Assembly (NCBI GenBank): GCA_963707215.1
Contig: CAVPPB010000002.1
Location: 256,001 to 320,000, forward strand
Direction: 5' to 3'
Source: an uncultured Chloroflexia bacterium
Lineage (GTDB): Bacteria; Chloroflexota; Limnocylindria; Limnocylindrales; CSP1-4
DNA length: 64,000 nt
The translations under genes were made by a program, and so were the position numbers. This document shows positions 1-15,171 of the stretch, in pieces (within the stretch, counting starts at the first letter, position 1; the number at the start of each line of letters is the position of its first letter). Below the pieces are notes generated by a model, which saw nothing but the letters and a program-made list of their open reading frames with translations, was not told where the DNA came from and made no database searches.

Positions 1-1
1 G

Positions 2-1410
<1,409 letters not shown>

Positions 1411-1414
<4 letters not shown>

Positions 1415-2910
1415 CGGGCCCCCAGGGCGCCCGTCCGGGCGTTGAACTCGTCGATCCGCTGGTCCCAGGAGGCGGGCAGGCTTCGCAGATCCGCCCAGAA
1501 GTCGGGCGAGCGTCGGGCCTCGAACGCCTCCAGCGACACGCCCTGCTGTTCGACCCAGGTGTAGTAGCCCAGGTTGAAGATGCGGTCCCGGTCGGCCCGG
1601 GTGCACTCGAGCATGTGGTCCGTGTCGGCTCCCAGCAGGTGGCGTCCCACGGCCTTGGCCACGGCAGCCTCGTCGACCCCCCGCGGGAAGTCCCGGGCGG
1701 TCAGCCGGTCGACCTCGGTCGCGTAGAGCTCGGCGCCGTCGGTGGCCACCGTGACCAGCAGGTCGTTCGGGCCCAGGCGCTGCTGCTTGGCCGTCTTGAT
1801 GGCCGCCAGGACGTTGCAGATCGACGAGAAGCCAAGCGAGCCGAGCCGGGCGACGAGGTCCCCGTCCACGCCCATGCGCCGTTCGAGGAAGTCACGGCCC
1901 TCCGCCGTGTTGAAGACGACGAAGAGGGCGTCGGTCGCCCGGTCCGAGACGTCGACGACGACGTCGGTCGCCATGACGTCGTGGATCAGCGGGACGTGCT
2001 TGTCGCCGATGCCCTGGATGTTGTGTTCGCCGTAGCCGTTCGCCAGGAGGGTCGGGCACTCGAGCGCCTCGGCCGCTACGGTCAGCGAACCGTGGCGCTC
2101 CTTGAGGTAGTCGCCGGCGCCGATGGTGCCGGCCGATCCGGTCGCCGAGACGAACGCCCGGAGTCGCAGGTCCGGGCACCCCTGCCGCAGTGCCTCGTAC
2201 GTCCGCTCGAGGGCGCGGCCGGTCAGCTCGTAGTGGGCCACGTGATTCCCGAACTCAGCGAACTGGTTGAGGATGACCGTGTCGGGCTCCCGGGCGAGCT
2301 CGGCGCAGCGGTCATAGATCTCCTTGACGTTGCTCTCGGTCCCGGGGGTCCGGATCACGTCGGCCGGGTCGGCGACCCAGTGCTCCAGCCACTCGAAGCG
2401 CTCGCGGCTCATCCCCTCCGGAAGCACCGCCACGCCGCGACTGTCCATGATCCGGGAGATCGCCACCCCGCCCCGGCAGTAGTTCCCGGTCGAGGGCCAG
2501 ACCGCCCGCTGGATCGTCGGGTCGAAGCTGCCGGTGACGATCCGCGGTGCCAGGACGCCGTAGGCCGCGATGACCTTGTGCGAGCGGATCATCGGGAAGC
2601 GGTCGCCGAGCAGCGTGACGATGGGGGCATCGACGCCGGTCAGCTCCGACGGCAGGACGACGTGCTCCGGGACGTCGACCCGGCCGGCCCGCGTCGCGTC
2701 GTTGAACCAGTGGACGCGGAAGAGGTTGAGCGGGTGTGGGGCATCCGGGTCGATGTCTGCCAGGGCCTCGACGATGCCGGCCGGGATGCGCTCCGGCTCG
2801 GCCAGCTGGGCGAAGGTCGGCAGGGCGATGCGGTCGCGCCGGAACCTCTCCACGGCTCGCTCGTAGACCGTCGCGTCGACCAGCTCGCGGTCCAACCCGA
2901 GACCCTGCAT
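1411..2910 (-). CDS. PLP-dependent enzyme (fold type II, Trp synthase beta/cysteine synthase superfamily)
   Basis: RSHKVIAAY (PLP lysine), [19 protein letters not shown] phosphate loop, HNIQGIG. Confidence 0.85.
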
Positions 2911-3099
2911 CGTCCCTCCTCGTCGTGCCCGACGGGCTCGCCGCTGCGTCCGACGGGTACCCGTCGTGGTAGGCCCGATGGGGTCCGACCAGCGGGTCAG
3001 TCGGCACGGTCGCCTCGTCGACCGGCTCTCTACGATTGAGGTCCGCGCGGCCGCCTGCTAGGGCCAGAGGGCCCGGGGACGGCCCGCCCGGAAGGTCCG

Positions 3100-5798
<2,699 letters not shown>

Positions 5799-5802
<4 letters not shown>

Positions 5803-6821
5803 CCGCCGTCACGCCGGGCCTGGTCTGCGCCCATCACCACCTGTACTCGACCCTCGCCCGCGGGATGCCGGCACCGCCCCGCACCCCGACCTCCTTCCAG
5901 GAGATCCTCGAGCTGGTCTGGTGGCGGCTCGACGCCGCGCTCGATCTCGAGATGATCCGTTGGTCGGCGATGCTGGGCGCCCTCGAGGCGCTCGAGACCG
6001 GGACGACGGCGATCGTCGACCATCACGAGTCGCCGAACGCCATCGAGGGCAGCCTCGACGTCATCGCCGAGGCCTGTGCCGAGGTCGGCGTCCGGTCGCT
6101 CCTCGCCTACGGCATCACCGACCGTCACGGGCCCGACGGCGCTCGCCGCGGCCTGTCCGAGAACGAGCGCTTCCTGCGGGCCGGGGGCCGGGGCCTGATC
6201 GGGATCCATGCCGCATTCACCTGCTCGGACGCGTCGCTGGAGGCGGCCGCTGGCTTGGCCCGCGACCTCGGGGTCGGCGTCCACGTCCACGTCTGCGAGG
6301 GACCGGGCGACGTCGATGCGCCGGCCCGGCTGGCTGGCCTGACCCGCAAGGACTGGCTGCTGGCCCATGCCGTCCATCTGCCGACGGACCACGACCTGCA
6401 AGGGACGATCCTCCACAACCCCATGTCGAACCTGAACAACGCCGTCGGCTATGCGGATCCGGCCCGCTTCGCGAACCCGGTCGCGCTCGGGACCGACGGC
6501 ATCGGTGGCAACGTCGTGGAGGCGTTCCGGTTGGCCTACGTCCTCCAGCGTTCGGTCGACGTGACCGCCAGCCCGGAGACCGCCTGGTCGTGGCTGGCGA
6601 ACGGCTGGTACCTCGTCCCGGAGGCCCGCGAGGACGAGGTGACCTGGTCGTACGACCCGATGGACCCGTGGCACGTCGCCTTCACACCGGGGATCCGGCC
6701 GCTCCGGGTCGTCGTCGGCGGCGAGGTCGTCCTGGACGGTGGTCGCCCCACCCGGGTCGACGCGGCCGAGATCCGGGCCAGGGCCCGCGAGCAGGCCGCC
6801 CGCCTGCACGCCCGGCTCTGA
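5799..6821 (+). CDS. ssnA: SsnA-like metal-dependent amidohydrolase
   Basis: PGLVCAHHHLYS, GTTAIVDHH, HVHVCE, NPMSNLNNAVG, LGTDG; position between xdh and ygfK; ATGA overlap. Confidence 0.8.
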
Positions 6822-6850
6822 AGGCCGGGACGGGCGCCGGGAGGCCGACG

Positions 6851-9800
6851 ATGTCCGACCGCTTCCATCCGCTGACCTTCGAGCAGCTCGTCGACTGGGC
6901 GGCGGTCGAGCTCGCCGAACGCGGCTCGATCTTCGGCGTCCCCCGGGAGGGCTTCTTCGTCCCCCGTCCCGAGGACCGCTTCCGGGCGCGGATGGCCGGG
7001 GTCGAGCTGGAGACGCCGTTCGGAGTGGCTGCCGGTCCGCACACCCAGATGGCCCAGAACGTCGTCGCCGCCTGGCTCTGCGGCGCCAGGGTCATCGAGC
7101 TCAAGACGGTCCAGACCCTCGACGAGCTCGAGGTCCACAAGCCCTGCATCGACGTGACCGACGAGGGCTACAACGTCGAGTGGAGCCAGGAGCTGCGGGT
7201 CCACGAGTCGTTCGACGAGTACGCGCGGGCCTGGGTCCTGGTGCATGCCCTCCATCGGCTGCTCGGGTTCCCCGGCGAGCGGCCCGGCGTCGTCTTCGAC
7301 ATGAGCGTCGGCTACGACCTTGCCGGCATCCGCCGGCCGAACGTCCAGTGGTACCTGGACGCGATGGCCGATGCCTCCGAGCATCTGCCGGCGTACCTGG
7401 CCGTCGTCGCCCATCGCTGGCCCGCGCTCCGCGACCTCGCGGTGCCGGCCCGGATCTCCTCGACGGTCACCCTCTCGACGATGCACGGCTGCCCGCCCGA
7501 CGAGATCGAGCGGATCGCCGGCTACCTCATGGAGGAGCGCGAGCTGCACACGGCGGTCAAGTGCAACCCGACCCTTCTGGGCGCCGAGCGGGTCCGCGGC
7601 ATCGTCAACGACGAGCTGGGCTACGTGGACGTGCCGATCCCCGACGAGGCCTTCGGCCACGACCTTCGCTACGAGGACGCCCTGCCGATGTTCGAGCGGC
7701 TGGCCGGCGTGGCGGCCGCCCGGGGCCTGCGCTTCGGGCTCAAGCTGTCGAACACGCTCGAGGTCCGCAACTGGCGCGGGGTCTTCGCCCGGGACGAGAC
7801 GATGTACCTATCGGGGCGTGCCCTCCACCCGGTGACCGTCAACCTCGCGGCGACCCTGGCCGACGACCTGGCGGCTGTCGGCGGTGCGGCGGCCGCGATC
7901 CCGCTCTCCTTCGCCGGCGGCGCTGACGCGTTCAACGTCGCCGACTTGCTGGCAGGCGGTCTCGCCACGGTCACGGTCTGCTCGGACCTGCTCAAGACCG
8001 GCGGCTACCTCCGGCTGCGCCAGTACCCGGAGCGGATCGACGCGGCGCTCGACGCTGTCGGGGCGGAGGACACCGCCGACCTCATCCGGGGCACGGCCCG
8101 GGCCCACGGCTTCGCCGAGCATGCCGACCTGGGCGCCTGCGCCCGCTTCAATCTACGCCGCTACGCCGCGACGACCCGTGGCGACGCGCGCTACCGCAAG
8201 GAGACGTTCCGGACGGACCGCTCGAAGACCGTCTCGATCGCTGGGGCTGTTCGACTGCATCCAGGCTCCCTGCCTGGACGAGTGCCCGGTCGACCAGCAG
8301 GTGCCCCGCTACATGCGCGCGGTCCGCGACGGCGACCTGGCCGAGGCGGTCCGGATCACCCGCATCGACAACCCCCTCGCGTCCGTCCTCGGGAGCGTCT
8401 GCGACCACCTGTGCGAGCGGACCTGCGTCCGCACCCACCTCGACGAGCCGCTCGCCATCCGCCACCTCAAGCGCTTCATCATGGAGCACGAGGTGGAAGG
8501 GACCCCGGTAGGGGTCGCACCGCCGAGCGCGGCCTCCCCGGCGACCGCCCGGGTCGCCGTCGTCGGCGCCGGCCCGGCCGGCCTGGCGGCCGCCGAGGCC
8601 CTGGCCCGGGCCGGTGTCTCGGTCACCATCCTGGAAGAGCATCCCTATCCCGGCGGCATGGTCGGTGGCGCGATCCCCGTGTACCGCCTGCCCGGCGCCC
8701 GGGTCGCCCAGGACCTGGCCGTGCTCGAGCGGCTTGGCGTGGAGCTCCGCTACGGTCAGCGGGCCGGCCGCGACGTCACTCTTGATGACCTCCATGACCA
8801 GGGGTTCGCCGCGATCCTCGTCGCCATCGGAGCCCAGCGGGCGAAGACCCTCGGTCTCGACGGCGAGGATGCGACCGGCGTCCTCGACGGGGTGGCGTTC
8901 CTGCGGGCCGTCCGCGAAGGCCGACCGCCGACGATCGGGCCGCGGGTGGCTGTCATCGGCGCGGGTGACACCGCCATGGACTGCGCCCGCTCGGCGCGGC
9001 GCCTCGGTGCATCGGTGACGCTCGTCTACCGGCGCACGATCGACCAGATGCCGGCCGACCGCGAGGAGGTCCACGCACTCGGTGAGGAGGGCATCGAGGT
9101 CCTGCAGCTGGCGCGCCCGACGGGTCTCAGCGTCGAGGACGGGCGGCTCACCGGCCTGGCCTGCATCCGGACCGAGTACCGGGGTGATCGCGACGACGCC
9201 GGTCGGAAGATCCCTCACGATGCCGCCGGCTCGGAGCTGGGGATCGGGCTCGACACCTTGATCGTGGCGGTCAGCCAGGACGCGGTCCTCGACCTCTTCG
9301 GCGACCGCCCGCCCCAGCTGACCGAGGACGGCTTCATCGCCACCGACCCGGAGACCCTGGCGACCTCGATCCCGGGCGTCTTCGCCGCCGGCGACGTGGC
9401 CGCTCACGGCCCGGCCTCCATCGTCCGCGCAGCTGCCGACGGGAAGCGGGCGGCCGCAGCCATCCTGGCCTCGCTCGGCTCCGAGGGCGAGGGCCCGCGA
9501 GACGTCCGGGAGCCCACCACGGTGCCTGGCAGCCCCGGCTCCGCGGAGCTCCACGACCTGGTGCTCCGGCGGGCGCGCCGCGAGTACCGGGTCCCGATCC
9601 GATCCACGCCGCCGGACGAGCGGTCCGGGTTCGCCGAGACGACCCTCGGGTACACGGTCGACGAGGCGACCCGCGAGGCCGGCCGATGCCTCGATTGTGA
9701 CGCGCTCTGCAGTCTCTGCGCCGGGGTCTGCCCGAACATGGCGATCCTCACCTACGAGGTCGCCACCGGTCACCTCGACGTCCCGGTGCTGGCCGTGGCC

Positions 9801-10307
9801 GGGACCGGGCTGGAAGCCGCCGGATCGACCCGGTTCAGTGTCGAGCAGGGCTACCAGGTCGCCGTCCTGACCGACCTCTGCAACGAGTGCGGGAACTGCG
9901 TCACGGCCTGCCCGACCGCCGGCACGCCGTACCGCGACAAGCCTCGCCTCTACCTCGACCGGGCCGATTTCGAGGCCGAGGCGTCGAACGCCTTCCTGCT
10001 GGCCGGCGGCGGCGCGCTCGAGGGCCGCTTCGACGGCGCGACCCATCGGATCGTCGCACGGGACGGTCGCCTGGTCTATCGAGCGCCGGGCCTCGAGGCG
10101 ATGCTCGATGCGGCCTCGCTCACCGTGGTCGAGGTGACCGGGTCCGGACCCGACGACGGCGGACCGCCGTCGCTCGAGCCGGCCGCCGTCATGGCGACGA
10201 TCCTGGACGGGATCTCGCGTTCGCTGCCGCATCTGCCGACCGTGTCGGGCCGTGGCACCCGCGTCCGGCCGGACGGCCGAGGGCCGTCCGCCCCCTCCGA
10301 TGAATGA
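6851..10307 (+). CDS. ygfK: YgfK-like Fe-S flavoprotein ('putative selenate reductase'), apparent +1 frameshift near 8230
   Basis: The N-half (frame of ATG 6851) has AAGPHTQMAQN, KPCID, NVEWSQEL, TLSTMHGCPP, KLSNT and MYLSG. The C-half (other frame) has FDCIQAPC..CP, GAGPAG, GAGDTAMD, YRR and CNECGNCVTACP. The frame switches at ...RSKT/xRSLGLFDC. Confidence 0.85.
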
Positions 10308-10376
10308 CCCGCGGCCCTGTCGGCGTATGGTGGGACCTGCCGACACTGCCCGCCTAGGCAGCCGAAGGAGACGGCC

Positions 10377-10778
10377 ATGACCCGCGTCCTCGTCGTCCAC
10401 CATGACATCGACCTTGCCGACCAGGAGGTCGACTCCCTTCGACGCCGTGGCTACGAAGTGACCCAGTGCGCGGGGCCGATCGGCGCCTCGGCCGGCTGCC
10501 CGGTCATGTTCGGCCAGTCGTGCGGGCTGGCCGAGGACGCCGACGTCCTGGTCTACGACGCCTGGGCCAGCGGTGAGCCCGATGGCGCCCAGGCCCTCAT
10601 CGAGGGCCTGCGCGACACGCACCCGGATACGCCGATCGTGCTCCTTGCGACCGGCATGGAGCCGGCCTGGGTCGAGACGGCCGGGGTCCATGGCGTCACC
10701 CCGCTCGTCGGCTCGCCGACCGGCGAGCGCCTTGCGGCGGCCATCGAGGAGGCCCTCGCGAGCCGGTCGAGCGACTGA
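10377..10778 (+). CDS. Stand-alone atypical receiver (REC-like) protein with Cys-containing insert
   Basis: RVLVVHHD, GYEV, ADVLVYD and TPIVLL follow the CheY-like pattern; AAGGAG RBS. Confidence 0.6.
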   Translation: MTRVLVVHHDIDLADQEVDSLRRRGYEVTQCAGPIGASAGCPVMFGQSCGLAEDADVLVYDAWASGEPDGAQALIEGLRDTHPDTPIVLLATGMEPAWVETAGVHGVTPLVGSPTGERLAAAIEEALASRSSD

Positions 10779-10904
10779 TCGGCGCGCGGGGGGCGTGCAG
10801 CTCGTCGCGGGGCCGCTGACGGTGTGCGCCCACGGTCATCCGGCGCCGCAGCCGACTGCGGCCCGTCGGCCCGATGCCCGGATGCCGTGTAGAGTCCGGG
10901 TCCG

Positions 10905-11666
10905 ATGACCCGCTCGAACCGTCGGCGCGAACCGCGATCGGACCCCTGGCCGCTCATCGTCGTCGTGCTCGGCGCGGTCCTCCTCGCCCTTCTGGGCCTG
11001 GCAGCCCTCACCTTCCTGGGTAGCGGCCCCGGGGACGTGGCGTCGTCCCCGACCCCGGCCGGCTCACCGTCCGGATCGGCCGTCGCCAGCCCGTCCGCCA
11101 CACCGGCGCCGAGCACCTCGCCCATGCCGGCCGGCCCGTCGCCCGACCCGAGCTCTACCGTCGAGCCCAGTCCCGCGCCGAGCGCTTCGCCGACCACCGG
11201 CACCAGCCCGACCCCGGTCGCGAGTCCGTCGCCCGGGGTCGATCCTGTCACCGCCTGCACGGGCTCCGACGAGAACCGCGAGTTCTTCAGCCTGGCCGCG
11301 GACCAGCTCCCGTTCGACGTCTACTGTGGTTCCCTGCCGGGTGGCTGGACGTTGACCAGCGGCAGCTACCGGGGCACCGACGGTGGCCGCCTGCTCGTTG
11401 CCTATCAGCGCTCGGGCGGGGCAGCACTCTTCCTGCGGGAGGGCAACTTCTGCGCCGGCGCCGCCGGTGACCTGGCGTGTCTCCCCCAGGGGACCCCGCT
11501 CGGTCCCGCCCAATTCGGCGATCTCGAGGCCGACTTCGTGGCCACCGAGGGCGGGTACGCTGTCGTCGTGCGCGTCTCCCCGAAGCTGGCCTACGTCCTC
11601 GAGGCGATCGGCGTCGGCGAGGAGGGCACCCGCACCTACGCCGAGGACCTGGTCCTCGTCCCCTGA
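10905..11666 (+). CDS. Hypothetical membrane-anchored protein with Ser/Pro-rich linker and Cys-containing extracellular domain
   Basis: N-terminal TM helix, SPxP-rich linker, four Cys in the C-terminal domain. Confidence 0.7.
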   Translation: MTRSNRRREPRSDPWPLIVVVLGAVLLALLGLAALTFLGSGPGDVASSPTPAGSPSGSAVASPSATPAPSTSPMPAGPSPDPSSTVEPSPAPSASPTTGTSPTPVASPSPGVDPVTACTGSDENREFFSLAADQLPFDVYCGSLPGGWTLTSGSYRGTDGGRLLVAYQRSGGAALFLREGNFCAGAAGDLACLPQGTPLGPAQFGDLEADFVATEGGYAVVVRVSPKLAYVLEAIGVGEEGTRTYAEDLVLVP

Positions 11667-11712
11667 GCGGCGGTCCGGAGCCGGAGGCCCCGAGCCGGTG
11701 ACGGCGAGGGAT

Positions 11713-12084
11713 TCAGCCCGCGACGGTCACGTAGAGCTTGCGGACCGTCTCGACGATGTCCCAGCGCCCCGACCAGCCCTTCGGCAGCACGATGGCGTCA
11801 CCCTCGGTGAGATCGTGGACGCGGCCGTCGGCGTCGGTGATCCGAGCCCGACCCTCCAGGATGTGGACGGTCTCCGTGTCCGGTCGATCGACGATCGCCC
11901 AGCCGCCGGGCGTGCACTGCCAGATGCCGACCTGGATCCCGCCGTCCGGCGACTGGAAGATGACCCGGGTCCAGGTCTCGGGGTGGCCGCGGTCGGCGCC
12001 GGCCCGGGGGCCGGTCGGCTCCAGCTCCCCGAACAGGGTGTCGGTGAGTGCCGCGACGGCGGTGGGGATGGTGGTCTCGGTCAT
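11713..12084 (-). CDS. Cupin domain protein (DUF861/EutQ-like)
   Basis: GIWQCTPG, ETVHILEGRARI, LPKGWSGRWDIVETVRKLYV; GGAGG RBS before ATG 12084. Confidence 0.85.
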   Translation of the reverse strand: MTETTIPTAVAALTDTLFGELEPTGPRAGADRGHPETWTRVIFQSPDGGIQVGIWQCTPGGWAIVDRPDTETVHILEGRARITDADGRVHDLTEGDAIVLPKGWSGRWDIVETVRKLYVTVAG

Positions 12085-12380
12085 CGTGGTCCTCCGGGTG
12101 GTACGCCGATGGTAGCTTGGGCCGGCCACCGGATTCGCGGGCTTCGGGCCACGATCCGCGACGCCATCGGGCCTCCTTCGCCCAGGTATCGGCGTCACCG
12201 ATGCAGTTCGGGGTCAGTGAGCGCGGCGGTGAGCGAGAGCCGGCGTATCCAGGCTCGCATCAGGCACGCTGAGCCACCATCCCATCGTCGGCGCCGATAG
12301 CCGCGGGCGCCGGCTGGCGCGGTATGCGGCGGGCGCGGGCAGACCAACGGCCCGGGGCCGACGACCGTCGGCAGGCCGGC

Positions 12381-13769
12381 TCAGTGGCTGGCGATGCGCT
12401 CGGCGAGGGATCGGCCGCTCGGTGGCTGGTCGGTCTGTTCGGCCTTCTCGTCCACCTTGCCGATCGCCCATTGCGCGTAGCGGACGCCGATGTAGCGGAG
12501 CGGCTCGGGCTCCCAGTCTCGGGAGCGGTGGTTGGCAAGCGGCAGCTCGGTCAGCTCCGACGGCGTCCCCAGGACGAGGTCGGCCAGGGTCCGCCCGGCC
12601 AGGTTCGCCGTCGAGACCCCGTGGCCGATGTAGCCGCGAGCCGTCCCGATCCCGGTTCGCGGATCGTAGGCGACCGTCGGGTGCCAGTCGCGGGGCATGC
12701 CCAGCGGTCCGCCCCAGGCGTGGCTGAAGCGCACCTCGCGAAGGGCCGGGAACCATGACCTCGCCATCCGCCGCAGCCGCTCGTGGGTCACCTCGTGGTG
12801 GTCGTACTCGTCACGGATCGGCGACCCGAAGCGGTATGGCGCCCCCCGCCCGCCGAACAGGATCCGATCGTCTTCGGTCCGCGACAGGTAGTCGACGGTC
12901 AGCCGGGTCGAGGCGAGGACCTCGCGGTCGGCCCAGCCGATCCGCTCCCACTGGGCCGCGGTCAGCGGCTCGGTCAGGACGATGAGCGACCAGACCGGGA
13001 TGAGCGAGCGGTGGAGCCGCGGCAGCCCGGTGAGGTAGGCCTCGCCGGTCAGCAGCACCTGTTCGGCCCGGACCTCGCCACACGGCGTCACGAGGGTCGC
13101 CCGACCCGAGGCGTCGCGGCCCCGCCAGTCGGTGACCTCGGTCTGCTCGACGATCCGGCCGCCCCGCCGTTCCACGAGCGACCCCAGGCCCCGGGCCAGC
13201 CGTCCGGGGTGGACGACAGCGGCGGTCGGGGAGGCCAGGCCGCGGACGGCGCCCTCGATCCGGACCCGCTCGGCGACCGCGGCCGCGTCGAGAAGCTCAT
13301 AGCGATGGCCGAACCCGAACCGCTCGTACTCGCGGTAGGCCTCCTCGAGCGACGGCACGCCGTAGGCACCGCGGGCGACGATCAGGCTGCCGCCCTTGTG
13401 GAAGCCGATGTCGAGCCCCTCGTCGGCGGCCACCCTGCCGACCTCGTCCACGGCGTCGTAGGTCGCCTGCTGGGTACGCCGGGCCGCCGTGAAGCCGTGC
13501 AGGCGCTCGAGGCGCGACATCGAGATGTTGAGGTCCGGGGCGCACCAGGCGCCGTTCCGTCCGGAGGCTCCGAAGCCGGCGATCTCGCGCTCCACGACCA
13601 GGACCCGCAGCGACGGCTCACGGCGAAGGAGGTAGTAGGCGGTCCAAAGCCCCGAGTAGCCGGCGCCGAGGATCGCCACGTCGACATCGGTCGAACCATC
13701 CAGCGCCGGCCGCGGGGTCAGGTCGCCGGCCGTCTCGAGCCAGAAGGACACGTCGCGGTAGTCACGCAC
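12381..13769 (-). CDS. FAD-dependent oxidoreductase, DAO/PuuB (gamma-glutamylputrescine oxidase-like) family
   Basis: SFWLET, DVAILGAGYSGLWTAY, GFGASGRNG, HAWGG, GYIGHGV; GTG start preceded by TACGCT. Confidence 0.85.
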   Translation of the reverse strand: MRDYRDVSFWLETAGDLTPRPALDGSTDVDVAILGAGYSGLWTAYYLLRREPSLRVLVVEREIAGFGASGRNGAWCAPDLNISMSRLERLHGFTAARRTQQATYDAVDEVGRVAADEGLDIGFHKGGSLIVARGAYGVPSLEEAYREYERFGFGHRYELLDAAAVAERVRIEGAVRGLASPTAAVVHPGRLARGLGSLVERRGGRIVEQTEVTDWRGRDASGRATLVTPCGEVRAEQVLLTGEAYLTGLPRLHRSLIPVWSLIVLTEPLTAAQWERIGWADREVLASTRLTVDYLSRTEDDRILFGGRGAPYRFGSPIRDEYDHHEVTHERLRRMARSWFPALREVRFSHAWGGPLGMPRDWHPTVAYDPRTGIGTARGYIGHGVSTANLAGRTLADLVLGTPSELTELPLANHRSRDWEPEPLRYIGVRYAQWAIGKVDEKAEQTDQPPSGRSLAERIASH

Positions 13770-13828
13770 GGCCGGCAGCGTAGCGAGGGCGGTCGTGCCC
13801 GGCGGTGCCCGTCGCACGCGGTGGGTCG

Positions 13829-15067
13829 TCAGCCTCGGGCCGGCAGGTCGAAGCGCTGCTGGGCCCGATCGGCCAGCTCGCGGGCGATGGCCAGCGAGGC
13901 CGTGGCCGCCGGCGACGGGGCGTTGCGAACGTGGAGGACCCTGCCGGTGCCGCCGAGGCGGAAGTCGTCGACCAGCGAGCCGTCGGGGTCCAGCGCCTGG
14001 GCTCGCACGCCCGACGGCCCGAAGACCAGATGCTCTGAGCGAAGCTCGGGGACGAACCGCTGGAGCTCGGCCAGGAAGGCCGGCTTGCGCCAGTCGCGCC
14101 ACATCTCGCCGAGCCCGGTCCGCCAGAACCGCCGGGCCAGCCGCAGGAAGCCGCGGTCGGCCAGGATTCCGGCCAGCTCGCGCGGGGCGAGGTCACGGCG
14201 CCGATAGCCCTCTCGGGCGAACGCCAGGACCGCGTTCGGACCGGCCCAGACCTCGCCGTCGATGCGCTTGGTGAAGTGGACGCCCAGGAACGGGAACCGC
14301 GGGTCCGGTACCGGGTAGACGAGCCCGCGGACGAGGTGGCGGGCTTCGGGGGTGAGCGTGTAGTAGTCGCCGCGGAACGGGACGATCCGCTCCGGGCCGG
14401 TGTCGCCGGTCAGCGCGGCGACCCGGTCGGCCCACAGCCCTGCGCAGGCGACGACGCCACGGGCCCGGACCTCGTCGCCGGGACTGCCGTCGTCGCGCTC
14501 CGTCCGGACGATCAGCTCGGCGTCCCGCTGCTCGATCGAGGCCACGCGCGCGCCCGTCCGGATCTCCCCGCCGGCCGCCCGGACGTCCTCGGCGCAGGCC
14601 TGGGCGACCCGCCGGAAGTCGACGATCCCGGTGGTCGGGCTCCACAGCCCGCGGACCCCGACGACGTGCGGCTCGAGCTCGCGCATCCGCTGGGGGCCGA
14701 CGAGCTCGAGCCCGGGCACGCCGTTCTGCTCGGCCCGGGCACGGAGCGCCTCCAGTCCCGGCACCTCGGCCTCGGTCACGGCGACCACCAGCTTGCCGCA
14801 GCGCTCCAGCGGGATGTCCCGCTCATCGGCGAGGCGCTCAAGGGCCGCCTTGCCTTCGCGGCAGAGCCGGGCCTTCAACGATCCCGGGGCGTAGTACAGC
14901 CCGGCGTGGACGACCCCGCTATTGCGGCCGGTCTGGTGGGTCGCCAGCTCGGCCTCCTTCTCGAGGACGACGAGCCGGCCACCGGGCGACCGGGCGAGCA
15001 GCTCGCGGGCCGTCGCCAACCCCAGGATGCCGCCGCCGATGACGGCGACGTCGAACGCCTCGCTCAC
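13829..15067 (-). CDS. lhgO: L-2-hydroxyglutarate oxidase
   Basis: AVIGGGILG, HQTGRNSGVVHAGLYY, PFRGDYY, VYPVPDPRFPFLGVHFT, GVRAQA, NAPSPAATASL; start could extend to about 15109. Confidence 0.9.
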   Translation of the reverse strand: MSEAFDVAVIGGGILGLATARELLARSPGGRLVVLEKEAELATHQTGRNSGVVHAGLYYAPGSLKARLCREGKAALERLADERDIPLERCGKLVVAVTEAEVPGLEALRARAEQNGVPGLELVGPQRMRELEPHVVGVRGLWSPTTGIVDFRRVAQACAEDVRAAGGEIRTGARVASIEQRDAELIVRTERDDGSPGDEVRARGVVACAGLWADRVAALTGDTGPERIVPFRGDYYTLTPEARHLVRGLVYPVPDPRFPFLGVHFTKRIDGEVWAGPNAVLAFAREGYRRRDLAPRELAGILADRGFLRLARRFWRTGLGEMWRDWRKPAFLAELQRFVPELRSEHLVFGPSGVRAQALDPDGSLVDDFRLGGTGRVLHVRNAPSPAATASLAIARELADRAQQRFDLPARG

Positions 15068-15171
15068 CGAGGGCCTGCCTCGGCTGACCCGACCCGCTCG
15101 ATCCACCATCGCCCCAGCATCTCGCTGGCAGGGTACGCTCAACGGACCAGCGACGGAGGGAGACAACGACC

